DNA of 64,000 nt from Eledone cirrhosa (lineage: Eukaryota). This document shows, in pieces, positions 12,700 to 24,850 of the stretch. The first letter of the stretch is position 1, and the number at the start of each line of letters is the position of its first letter. Below the pieces are notes generated by a model. It saw nothing but the letters and a program-made list of their open reading frames with translations. It had not been told where the DNA came from and searched no databases. The position numbers and the translations under genes were made by a program. The DNA lies in assembly GCA_964016885.1 (NCBI GenBank), contig OZ024747.1, positions 33,852,001 to 33,916,000 on the forward strand, read 5' to 3'.

Positions 12700-14880
12700 T
12701 AAAATAACAGATTAAAGTTTAAGCAAAGAATCGCTGCTTTCACCCTTAACGGGATCTTCTGAAACTAACAAAGTCAATCTGTAAACGCAGTACTGGATAT
12801 TTCAAAAAACGTTGCAACCGGAGGAAGACAGGAAGACGATACTTTGGTTCATGGTGACGTTCGCTGGCAAAGAACGGGAAAAAACGAATAATACGTCATT
12901 AATAGGAGCGGTGAAAAACAATTACGCGCAAAGACAGAACCACGTTTATGGTATAAAAGAGGTCGTAGACTAATGTTCTCTAAGTGGTGCATAGAGACGT
13001 TCTCTGGCAATGAACGAAAAAACGAAGATAATAAGTCATATGTGGAGCGTGGAGAACAATAGCACGCAAAGACAAAACCACGTAAATGGTATAGCAGAAG
13101 TTGTAGACTAAAATTCTAACTAGGAGACCGAATGAATCTCCGCTACAGAGTTAAGAACAAAGTAAATAAATACAATACTGAAGAAATAGAAACAAATAAA
13201 TACATACGCGCAAACAGATACGTACATACACAAGCATACGCAAAACCTTACCATAGGTATACAAAACCACGCACATATAAATATGTGTATGTGTGTATGT
13301 TTGTGTACAAATAAATAAACAATTATATAAACGTATCTAAGTAAATAAATACGTATATAACAAGTGCACATACATACCTACAAATAAATACACGAAGGTT
13401 CAGAGACGTAAGTCAACTAAAACAAGAAGTACACATATACACACACCCACCATACGTACGAACCTGCATACTCACGGAGACGTAAAACTCCCATATACAC
13501 ATAACCAAACCCTAATTACCAGAATTTGTAAAAATTATACGCCATAACAGTCAAATATACGTACGAGAAGGTATACATACCTTCACAAAACATACGGGTA
13601 ATATATACTTACCTATGCAAATAAGTAAAGGAATAAACAAAACATATACTTAGCTCCCACATCAAGACGTAAAATATCCACGTATAGATCGTGCTATCCG
13701 TTAGGGTATAACGTGGGGCTGTAATACAGGAAAGTTTTGTGCAATTTATGTTTACAAGCCGAAATTGCCTCAGATTTTTTGTTTAAGATGTGGTCTGTGG
13801 CGTAGAGTATTTCCAGGGCCTCAGCGGCGCAGATGTCACATGGTCTTTTATTTCCGTTATACGATCTAGCCCTAGCTAGGATCTCCCAGTGTAACTTATA
13901 TTGGGTGTGGTTGTCTTTTAGACTCCAGATATAAGCTGAAAGTGACGTCATATTCCTTCTTAGAGGGTAACGAAAAGAATGGGTATGCATGTAAAGACGC
14001 TGCTTGAAACTATTGGCGGTTAACCCTATGTAGGCCCTACGGGACGTGGGTGTTACAACCTTACATTTGTAGACAATGTTACTAGAGAGGCATTTTCCGG
14101 ATAGGGGACAATCAGCCCGATTCCTACAATTACAGTTAGTACTAACTACAGGGTTGCACGTGTTCCCACGGCTAGGTAGTTTAGCTAAATTTGAAGCTGT
14201 GATGTTATGTGCAAGGTTAGGAGTCGTAGAGTAAGAAATTTTAATAGTGTTTCTATTAAAAATTTTACTATATTTATGTGTAGGGGGAAAATGCTTCGTA
14301 ATAAGGGAAAGAAAGATCTTCAGTATTGTATTTATTTACTTTGTTCTTAACTTCATTCGGTCTCCTAGTTAGAATTTTAGTCTACAACTTCTGCTATACC
14401 ATTTACGTGGTTTTGTCTTTGCGTGCTATTGTTCTCCACGCTCCACATATGACTTATTATCTTCGTTTTTTCGTTCATTGCCAGAGAACGTCTCTATGCA
14501 CCACTTAGAGAACATTAGTCTACGACCTCTTTTATACCATAAACGTGGTTCTGTCTTTGCGCGTAATTGTTTTTCACCGCTCCTATTAATGACGTATTAT
14601 TCGTTTTTTCCCGTTCTTTGCCAGCGAACGTCACCATGAACCAAAATATCGTCTTCCTGTCTTCCTCCGGTTGCAACGTTTTTTGAAATATCCTGTACTG
14701 CGTTTACAGATTGACTTTGTTAGTTTCAGAAGATCCCGTTAAGGGTGAAATCAGCGATTCTTTGCTTAAACTTTAATCTGTTATTTTAATAAATATTTGC
14801 TCTTCGGTTCTTATATATTTGATATATATTTTCCTTATCGAGCCCTCTTTGGATTTTAGTCTTCAATTTTATTATTATTA
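12692..14880. mobile_element. Penelope-like element family 1, 5'-truncated: minus-strand GIY-YIG 3' end + pLTR (12692-14325) followed by inverted pLTR (14326-14880)
   Basis: Minus strand CNCRNRADCPLSGKC..NIVYKC..YIGLT..FKQR..HTHSF..TSLSAYIWSLKD..CDIC..LNKKSE; 14326-14795 is the reverse complement of 12692-13177; (TA)n on both sides. Confidence 0.88.
12716..12766 (-). ncRNA. Hammerhead-like motif (atypical core CAGAAGA) in PLE pLTR; also 14722-14772(+), 29265-29315(-), 35637-35687(+)
   Basis: AGUUU-CAGAAGA-uCCC guuaa GGGu-GAAA-GCA..UGC-UU-AAACU; stems I and III pair. Confidence 0.55.
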
Positions 14881-14881
14881 C

Positions 14882-14882
<1 letters not shown>

Positions 14883-14964
<82 letters not shown>

Positions 14965-15095
14965 ATGTATGTGTGTGTGTGTGTATGTATGTGTGTATCT
15001 GGATGTATGTGTATGTATATATATGTGTGTGTATGTGTATATATGTGTGTGTGTGTGTGTATGTGTGTATGTATATATGTATGTGTGTGTGTATG

Positions 15096-15155
<60 letters not shown>

Positions 15156-15215
15156 TATGTATGTATATGTATAGGTATGTGTGTGTGGATGAGGGTATGT
15201 GTATATATAGGTGTA
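14883..15215. repeat. Compound (TA)n/(TG)n/(TATG)n microsatellite
   Basis: Direct reading; source of the spurious YIYI/VCVC ORFs. Confidence 0.95.
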
Positions 15216-15706
15216 AGTGCACTAAATCCCTTTCTATCACTCTCCCCTATCCTACCGACCACATGGAGATATATGTATGTATATTGCTTCCACCCCCTCA
15301 CTGACCAGCAGCTGGCCATCTGGCCATTGCTAAATCTGACCTTAAAAAAAACCACTCCCCACAAATAATTCCTCATTCACTACCAGAAAGGAACACACAG
15401 CAGTCAACTTGCTGCTACCAAGATGAAAACTACTATGAAATCCCACACTGAATTTTATACTTGAATTTTCAAATCTCAAATTTTAACTCTTCTTATTATT
15501 AATCTTTCTTAATATTAATCAACATTTGAAAAGATGGCTTTTGCAGACCCATCGAAACTGGTCAATTTTTATACCCTTTATTCTTTCCTTACCTTATAAA
15601 ATTATATGTTTTTTCACAAAAAAGTATTCTGTCTCTTATATATTCCATGTGCCATTACCAACCTCAATTTTCTCTATAACCTTCGTTTTGTGGAGAAACT
15701 TACACT

Positions 15707-15754
<48 letters not shown>

Positions 15755-15758
<4 letters not shown>

Positions 15759-16372
15759 AAAGAGATGAAATCGAAAATGCAACTGGAGTATAATTTAAAA
15801 AAAATATATATTTATTTATTTGGTTCCTTTACCGGTTTCGCAGTTTTTCTGCTTTTCAAAAGGTGAGTTGAGATGGAGGGTCTGTGGTTTTTCTCACATC
15901 TGGTTGGTCTCTGAATGTTACTTGTTTTATATGGAAAAAGTGGCTCGAAATGCCAGGTATTTCGAGAAGTAATTTGATTGGTTTGTCAATAATTATAATA
16001 AATTTCGCGCCAGTTCGCGTTACAATAGATCTTCAAATAAGAGGGGGAGGGGAGGTTTGTCACGGGTTGTTTTTTCATATATGAGTGTTTGAATTTCTTT
16101 TTACTTGAAAAAAGGAGGCTCACGAAATTTATTATAATTATTGACAAACTAATCAAATTACTTCTCGAAAAACCTGGCATTTCGAGCCACTTTTTCCATA
16201 TAAAACAAGTAACATTCAGAGACCAACCAGATGTGAGAAAAACCACAGACCCTCCATCTCAACTCACCTTTTGAAAAGCAGAAGAACTGCGAAACCGGTA
16301 AAGGAACCAAATAAATATAGATATTTAAAAAAAAAGGGTCCAGTTGCATTTTCGATTTCAGCTCTTTTTCTT
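15755..16372. mobile_element. Non-coding inverted repeat (~250-bp arms, ~110-bp spacer) with an HHR in each arm; PLE pLTR-like
   Basis: 15755-16008 is the reverse complement of 16122-16372; same peptide MVFLTSGWSLNVTCF on both strands. Confidence 0.85.
16267..16304 (+). ncRNA. Minimal type I hammerhead ribozyme with U3-A8 core; mirror copy at 15825-15863(-)
   Basis: CCUU-UUGAAAA-GCAG aagaa CUGC-GAAAC cg GUA-AAGG. Confidence 0.75.
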
Positions 16373-16416
16373 TATACTTTCACTCGTGTAGGACACCTCG
16401 GTTATTTTTCATTCTA

Positions 16417-16808
<392 letters not shown>

Positions 16809-17049
16809 TATATATATATAATTATCTATTGTGTTATATTGTTTGTTATCATGGCAAGTACACCACAGGCACAAAGTAAACAGAAATATCAAAGCAAACG
16901 TCACAATAAGATGAAGAAATATATTTGTGTAACTTAATGTTTCAGACACTAGTCTTTCATCAGAAGATAGAATAAGAAACAAAAGATGAAATAGAAAAGT
17001 AGAGAATGAGAGATGAGAAAAGAAAGCAAAGACATTTTTTTTAGAAAAA

Positions 17050-17650
17050 ACCACGTGTGTACTCAGTTAACCATTTTGAAATGTAGACTGTAAATGAGTA
17101 ACAAAGCTACATGGATTCACTATATGACACCTGAAACAGATAATGAAGATCACTTGGAAAATTAAGGCCAGGAGCATCCTCACTCTAGGAAAGCCAAGCT
17201 CCCTAGCCTGGAACAGATATTGGTGCAGCAAAATCTCTATTGGCTTAGACATGTTTAAAATGGGATGAAACTACGTTTCCAAGATATATACTCTACTCAC
17301 AATTGTCTCATATTATGAGAAATCAAGGTAGACCTACCAACTAAGTATTACTAAATACACCCACTTCTTTGAAGTGACATGATAAAACCCCTCCATCTCA
17401 CATCAACATTAACTGCCTCACTTCTCTACCTTTCTCAATGACTTTCTTTAATGTCTTGAGAGGTCTTCTGTGTTTGCGCTTCACACTAGTGGGCTACCAT
17501 AGTAAACATTTTGTAGCAGGTTCATTGTCTCCCATGACATGACCTGCAATTTGAAGATGCCTGATATGGATGGTATGGCAAATGGGCAGGAGGTTGCCAT
17601 AGAGGATTTTCATGGTAACATGGTTGAGAGGTTTGACGTTTTTAATCCTT
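17050..17650. mobile_element. Highly decayed LINE C-terminal fragments in opposite orientations
   Basis: (+) WLRHVFKM..FPRYILYSQL..QGRP at ~17240-17340; (-) LQIAGHV..EPATKCLLW at ~17500-17560. Confidence 0.45.
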
Positions 17651-19761
17651 TTTGCAATCAGGTGTAGCAACCATCGACAAGTTTTATAATCACTGTACAA
17701 CATCTTGAACAAATGTCTTCTATCAGTCTTAAGTTGATTCATACCTTCAGAGAATAGACAGAAACTATGTGATAGCCTTATCAGTGGATAGTGTCAGTTA
17801 TAGTGTAGTAGAATTAATAATTCACCTGATTTAACAGCGCAGCTTTTAGCAGACTCTACAATCTATATACCACCGCCAGCTAGCTCTTGAGTGTATCCTT
17901 TAGCTGACTCTACTCTGAGGTATGCATTATAAATGAGAACAAGCATGGTTAAATGGTTAATCATTAAGTCCCAGATTTGAACCCACTGCATGGTGTCTAG
18001 GGGAAGTGTTTTCCCCATTACCTTGGTTTGACCCAAAACATCTGAGTAAACAGATTAGATGCAAACTGAGTTGAAGCCTGTTGGATGGACTGTACCTGCA
18101 ATCAGAGGTGTAATAAAAGTATGGCGAGCATGACACTAGCTATGGGTGCAACGTGGACTAAGAGCACTTTCTATTAAAGTTAGATAAGCTATCATTGGGG
18201 ATAGCTTATCTGAGCAGGGGCACAATGTCACTACCTGCTTTAGGCACTACTTGCCCTAGTTACACTTACATTTGCAATCCAAAGTATTAGCCTTGACATA
18301 TATCTTGCCATGCTGATTTGGTTTGGGAATTGTATTAGGGGTACACATGTATTAGGGTTACTCAACCACTTACATGCTAATTCATAAGTTGGAAATTCAG
18401 TTGATCAAAGAACTGAATGTTTGTCATCACAATTAACGAAGGGTACATTATCAATATTTATAACCAGGTCTCTAGCCTGAGGATACGGAAGGTTTCCATT
18501 CGTTTTCCCAATAGTCTCAGAGGTCCAGAAAAAGTGTCAAGCTCACTCTATTTTCTCTTCAGACATGTAGAATGTGTGTTGGATTTACAATTATAATGCC
18601 ATGGGTTCAATTCCTATTGTGTTCTAGAACAAAACACTTTACTTCACGTTGCTCAGTTGAAAATGAATATCAGCAGCAGTAGCTGGGGACTTAACCCTGC
18701 TATGTACTCTTAGTATCCCGTCAAGGGAGGCAAGTCATGTACTCTTAGTTGCTTAATGCACAGAAACTGTGATAAGCACTGGCCTGGTGAGCCTCCAGGC
18801 TAGAGACAGGCTTTAGACTTTTAGACTATAGCATTAACTCTTTCATTACCATATCTCTAATGGAAGACACTAACTATGATTTTTAAATCGTTTTGCAAAT
18901 AATCAAGAATTTGTTGAGATTTCTTTAAATAACTAACTTTCTAATCACTAAGGTAGCATTTGGAACTTAAAAAATTGTACACAAAATTATGATGGATGAG
19001 TTTTAGATAAATACAAACACTACACTTTCATTATCATATTTCTAATAAAAGACACTGGCTGTTATTTTTGAATAATTTTGAAAATAATGAAGGAATTGGA
19101 GAGATTTAGTGCTAATTTTCTCATTATTAAGCTGGTGTTTTGAACATAAAGTTTTGAATATAAAATTATGATGGAAGGGTTTTACAAATATATTCGCACT
19201 TGAAAAGACAAAACAGCCTTGTACCATAAAAAGCAGAGGCAGTTTCAGGCAGTATGGTTTCAATAGTGTTAAACATCAGGAGTGGGTAAATTGAAAATAA
19301 TGCATAAGTATAAAGAATCCCCAAAATATATTTTATATGGCTCCAGATTGACATCATTAGTATAGTGGCCATTAAAATCCAATTCTACTTCATCACACTT
19401 TTAATCATCACTATCGTTCCTCTTGTCATTGTTATAATTATATATCGGTATTGTTGTTGTTGTTTGTGTGGTTTTTGTTATTTTCATTAATTTTATCTCT
19501 GTTTTCCTTATTGTCTTTGCAAAGAAGCTGTTATTGTTGTTGTTCTCATAGTTGTTACTGTTTTTGTTATTAAAGATGCACACACACACACACACATGTA
19601 CACATACAATTGTACAGAAGCACATATGCAAACACCCATGCACGCACCCACTCACACACACACAATTGTATACAGAGTAACAGACACACACATATGCAGG
19701 CACACACAATTGTACACAGGCACATGTACACAGAAGTATAGGCACACACACACACATGCAT

Positions 19762-19885
19762 GCACACAGAAACATGAATGTATGTACGTTCACACGCACA
19801 CACACATGCACACAGAAACATGAATGTATGTACGTTCACACACACACACACATGCACACAGAAACATGAATGTATGTACGTTTAC
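19762..19885. repeat. 46-bp minisatellite (~3 copies) inside a CA-rich tract
   Basis: gcacacagaaacatgaatgtatgtacgtt starts at 19762, 19808, 19854. Confidence 0.85.
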
Positions 19886-21464
19886 ACATAGGCACACATA
19901 TCTTCAATTATTGAAATCGGCTCTTAGCAATACGCTATTAAGAGCTTCTTCCTTTGTTTTACTTTTGTTTTTGTTTTATGATATTATTATTATCATCATT
20001 ATCATCATTATTAATATTGTATTTTTAGTGTCAATCAGTATAATAGGAGCAGAATGCCGACATATGATATTCAAATAGCTTGCTTTGCCTAACATTTGCC
20101 ATGTCAAGTCAATTCTGATGAATAGAGTCGCGCCATAATACCATTCAATGAATGAAAACTCCGAATAATTAATTGTTCTGCTTGTGCTTGTTGGTAGTGA
20201 TTATAGTGGTTGTAGCTGTAGTGATGGTGGTGATGGTAGTTGTGGTTGTCGTGCTAGTAGTGGCTATTGAAATGGTCACAGATCATTACTTGTTATTCTC
20301 AACTCAATAAACACTCTGGCAAATCAGTGGTTGTCATTAATATTATTATCATTATTATTATTGTTAATTCTATTATTATTATTATTGTTGTTATTATCAT
20401 CACCATCTTCGTTAATATCATGTATACTGTTATTCTTATTATCATTATCATTATTATTATTGAAACATGAAGTAAGTCTGAAAAGCTTTACATTTGTTTT
20501 TTTTTATTTTGGGTTTGGGGAGATTTTTATTTTTTTATTTTGTAATATTTATTTGTTATTTTTGATTTGCTAATTCTAAATAACAGTTTAAATTGCATCC
20601 GATTGAGAAGGTGAAAGGGTAGGTAAGTGTGTGTATGTGTGGTTATAAAGTATGGGTTCGTGGTACTGGTAATAGTGACGATGGAGGAGACGGGATGGTA
20701 GTACTCTGATGATGGTTGTGTGAGGTGGTGAAGTGGTGGAGTGGAGAAGGTAGTAGTAAGTGGTGATGATGTTGGTGGTGTTGTATGGTGTGGTGTGATG
20801 TTGGTAGCTGTGTAGTGATGCTAGTAGCAGTTGTGGTGGTGCAGCAACAGGGGTGGTTTCATTTGTGATAATAGTGGTAGTGATTGTATGATTGTGGTAA
20901 AAGACAGCATGGGTGGTAGTGGTGGTGATGTAACATCAGAGGTTGGGTGGGTTGAAGTTGGTAACAATGTCAGTGACGGTTATGATGGAAGAGTGTTTGG
21001 TTGGTATGATAGTTGAGGTAGAAATAGAACTAATGATGCTAATGATGATGATAATGATGCACAATGATGATAATGATGGTGGTGGTATTGGTGGTGGTGA
21101 CATTGCTAGTGGAGGTGTATTAGTGATGGTTGTGCTTGATAGGTTTACATTAAAACTGACCATAGTAGTAGTCTGTCTAATGTTTAAAGAAAGTTAGTGA
21201 CCAATTACAATCTAATGGCTAATTTGTGTCTAACTGACTGTTTAAATGACTTCAACATCAGTCCACAGGAGACATAGCTGTGTATGGTGCCAAAAACACA
21301 CAAATTCTAATCATCTGACATAGACAAGTTTCTAGTCTCACTTAATCAAATTTAACTTCATATCTTTTTCTTTTAACCAACAAAAAAAAAAAATAATAAA
21401 TATAACATATGGTTATAAACATTTCTAATTTATCCTAATTTTAGAGGTAAACTTTGGAAATTAT

Positions 21465-21815
21465 ATGTTATTACGCAAATATATATATATAAATATAAAT
21501 ATGTATACGTACATACATATATGTGTACAGACGCAGAGTAGTATGTATATATATACATACACGCACACATATATATATATATATGTATATATGGGTTTAC
21601 CGAAGATTTATTATAATGCTCGGTTTGTTTGTAAACAAACAGCCCGAATTATTAGCCGTACAGTGTTCAGCAACCATCGTTGCCATTTTGTTCAATACTG
21701 ACAAAGGAACGATGAACTAGTTTCTAGTTTATTAGCTGTCATTAGCACCGTATTCCTTCCTGTCAGTCAATTGAATGTTTGAAAGTATATACTTTCCTTA
21801 TGCATATTAACGGCT
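21465..21815 (+). repeat. Unclassified interspersed repeat (family X); also 38820-39058(-) and 62663-63355(-)
   Basis: Shared atttattataatg..gtttgtaaacaaac..cagtgt.cagcaaccatcgttgc..ttgttcaa. Confidence 0.75.
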
Positions 21816-21819
21816 GAGT

Positions 21820-22245
21820 ATTAACCATGGAATTTTCTTAGTCTTAGATGTACTTGTTTTTGTGATTTCCAATGCTATGATATCTTCTATCTATCCTATC
21901 TTACATATTCCTTTTTGCTTGTACCTTTTTTTGTTGCTTGTACCTTTTGCACATGTATTACCTTAAACAATACCTTTATACATAATATGCTTATTTTTCA
22001 CTTTTCACCATTGCCCTTGGAATTATGTTTTCTGAAGCATAACATTCTTTTTTAACTCCCAGTTTTCTATATGATGTCTATGACACTGACAATAATTATG
22101 TATCTACCTAAATGTTCTGAAGACTAGGATTTTAATCACCTGTTTAAATATTCCCTACGCTCCGATGATTCCAGACATCCCTCTGGAAGAAACAATTGTC
22201 AGCAAATAAATCTATTAAACTAAAATTTGATTGTTTTAATATTTT
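21820..22245 (+). mobile_element. Non-coding pLTR-like unit (family Y) ending in HHR + AATAAA
   Basis: Homologous to 38425-38790; 3' fragment at 25540-25612(-). Confidence 0.7.
22159..22203 (+). ncRNA. Type I hammerhead ribozyme, U4C core variant
   Basis: GCU-CCGAUGA-UUCCAGA cauccc UCUGGAA-GAAAC aauu GUC-AGC; palindromic stem III (ACAAUUGU). Confidence 0.75.
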
Positions 22246-22246
22246 G

Positions 22247-22348
<102 letters not shown>

Positions 22349-22379
22349 TATATACATATACACATATATATATACATAT

Positions 22380-22435
<56 letters not shown>

Positions 22436-22500
22436 CGTAAGATAAGAAATATTCTTTAGAAATTTTAAAAAAAAATTTTTACTTACTTACTTAAATTTTC

Positions 22501-22582
22501 ACTCCAACTAATTAGTTTCTGCAATGGGATAAAGACAGTTACGTAATCCAACTGTCGAGAATTCATTGCGTCATCAGGGAGT
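22501..22582 (-). ncRNA. Type I hammerhead ribozyme (array copy 1)
   Basis: ACUCC-CUGAUGA-cGCAAUG..GACAGUU/AACUGUC..CAUUGCa-GAAAC uaauua GUU-GGAGU. Confidence 0.85.
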
Positions 22583-23057
22583 CTATTCTCAGCTGAGTCT
22601 CCAGGCAATGCGCGGACACTGGCGGCTCATATAAAAATAATAATAATTCGGTAGAAAGAACAGCTGGCGAGGACTGGATTCGATGTACTGAAATTCTCAC
22701 TGCTTCTAGTCAAATGGCCGATTCTAAAGAATCAATCACGTGACACAGAGGCTAGTTAGAAGGAATGGGATGGTAAGATGACTGACGCCTACTAACACCC
22801 CAAAAAAAATTTAGAAGTGGTTTTGGCAGGTTTGCTCGACAAATCAGTGATTTGGAGATAAATATAGATAATTTAATATATCAACTAACATAGGCGCACA
22901 GATGCACGTCCATGCCAGCAAATACACAGGTTATGTCATAGTACCTAGGTGGTTCAATGCAGGAGGGTGCAGAACAATAATATAAAAGACGTAAGATAAG
23001 AAATATTTTTTTAAAAAAATTTTTTTAAAAATTTTTTACTTACTTACTTAAATTTTC

Positions 23058-23139
23058 ACTCCAACTAATTAGTTTCTGCAATGGGATAAAGACAGTTACG
23101 TAATCCAACTGTCGAGAATTCATTGCGTCATCAGGGAGT
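23058..23139 (-). ncRNA. Type I hammerhead ribozyme (array copy 2)
   Basis: Same motif as copy 1. Confidence 0.85.
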
Positions 23140-23612
23140 CTATTCTCAGCTGAGTCTCCAGGCAATGCGCGGACACTGGCGGCTCATATAAAAATAATAA
23201 TAATTCGGTAGAAAGAACAGCTGGCGAGGACTGGATTCGATGTACTGAAATTCTCACTGCTTCTAGTCAAATGGCCGATTCTAAAGAATCAATCACGTGA
23301 CACAGAGGCTAGTTAGAAGGAATGGGATGGTAAGATGACTGACGCCTACTAACACCCCAAAACAAATTTAGAAGTGGTTTTGGCAGGTTTGCTCGACAAA
23401 TCAGTGATTTGGAGATAAATATAGATAATTTAATATATCAACTAACATAGGCGCACATATGCACGTCCATGCCAGCAAATACACAGGTTATGTCATAGTA
23501 CCTAGGTGGTTTAATGCAGGAGGGTGCAGAACAATAATATAAAAGACGTAAGATAAGAAATATTTTTTAAAAAATTTTTTAAAAATTTTTTTACTTACTT
23601 ACTTAAATTTTC

Positions 23613-23694
23613 ACTCCAACTAATTAGTTTCTGCAATGGGATAAAGACAGTTACGTAATCCAACTGTCGAGAATTCATTGCGTCATCAGGGAGT
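23613..23694 (-). ncRNA. Type I hammerhead ribozyme (array copy 3)
   Basis: Same motif as copy 1. Confidence 0.85.
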
Positions 23695-24168
23695 CTATTC
23701 TCAGCTGAGTCTCCAGGCAATGCGCGGACACTGGCGGCTCATATAAAAATAATAATAATTCGGTAGAAAGAACAGCTGGCGAGGACTGGATTCGATGTAC
23801 TGAAATTCTCACTGCTTCTAGTCAAATGGCCGATTCTAAAGAATCAATCACGTGACACAGAGGCTAGTTAGAAGGAATGGGATGGTAAGATGACTGACGC
23901 CTACTAACACCCCAAAAAAAATTTAGAAGTGGTTTTGGCCGGTTTGCTCGACAAATCAGTGATTTGGAGATAAATATAGATAATTTAATATATCAACTAA
24001 CATAGGCGCACAGATGCACGTCCATGCCAGCAAATACACAGGTTATGTCATAGTACCTAGGTGGTTCAATGCAGGAGGGTGCAGAACAATAATATAAAAG
24101 ACGTAAGATAAGAAATATTTTTTAAAAAAATTTTTTAAAAAATTTTTTACTTACTTACTTAAATTTTC

Positions 24169-24250
24169 ACTCCAACTAATTAGTTTCTGCAATGGGATAA
24201 AGACAGTTACGTAATCCAACTGTCGAGAATTCATTGCGTCATCAGGGAGT
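24169..24250 (-). ncRNA. Type I hammerhead ribozyme (array copy 4)
   Basis: Same motif as copy 1. Confidence 0.85.
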
Positions 24251-24722
24251 CTATTCTCAGCTGAGTCTCCAGGCAATGCGCGGACACTGGCGGCTCATAT
24301 AAAAATAATAATAATTCGGTAGAAAGAACAGCTGGCGAGGACTGGATTCGATGTACTGAAATTCTCACTGCTTCTAGTCAAATGGCCGATTCTAAAGAAT
24401 CAATCACGTGACACAGAGGCTAGTTAGAAGGAATGGGATGGTAAGATGACTGACGCCTACTAACACCCCAAAAAAAATTTAGAAGTGGTTTTGGCAGGTT
24501 TGCTCGACAAATCAGTGATTTGGAGATAAATATAGATAATTTAATATATCAACTAACATAGGCGCACAGATGCACGTCCATGCCAGCAAATACACAAGTT
24601 ATGTCATAGTACCTAGGTGGTTCAATGCAGGAGGGTGCAGAACAATAATATAAAAGACGTAAGATAAGAAATATTTTTTAAAAAATTTTTTAAAATTTTT
24701 TTACTTACTTACTTAAATTTTT

Positions 24723-24804
24723 ACTCCAACTAATTAGTTTCTGCAATGGGATAAAGACAGTTACGTAATCCAACTGTCGAGAATTCATTGCGTCATCAGG
24801 GAGT
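24723..24804 (-). ncRNA. Type I hammerhead ribozyme (array copy 5, at the element boundary)
   Basis: Same motif; array ends ~3 nt beyond stem I in (TA)n. Confidence 0.85.
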
Positions 24805-24850
24805 CTATATATATATATACACACACACATATATATATATATGTATATAT

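Larger units (their letters stand above)
22431..24807 (-). mobile_element. Retrozyme-like tandem array: ~555-bp unit x 4.3, one HHR per unit
   Basis: Anchor gacgtaagataag at 22434, 22988, 23545, 24100, 24656; near-identical units; no ORF >=60 aa; (TA)n on both flanks. Confidence 0.88.

Noticed and set aside
14786-15376. Many 60-230 aa ORFs rich in YI/VC/HT/poly-residue runs here and throughout the window
   Set aside because: Translations of microsatellites and low-complexity DNA, not genes
20110-20175. CTGATGA...GAAA motifs at 20116, 36255, 25905(-), 16935-16965(-) and 28985-29050
   Set aside because: Missing stem II, stem I or NUH triplet; at best decayed remnants
22431-24807. Array as CRISPR, rDNA/5S or snRNA cluster
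   Set aside because: No unique spacers and no recognisable rRNA/snRNA sequence; eukaryotic context
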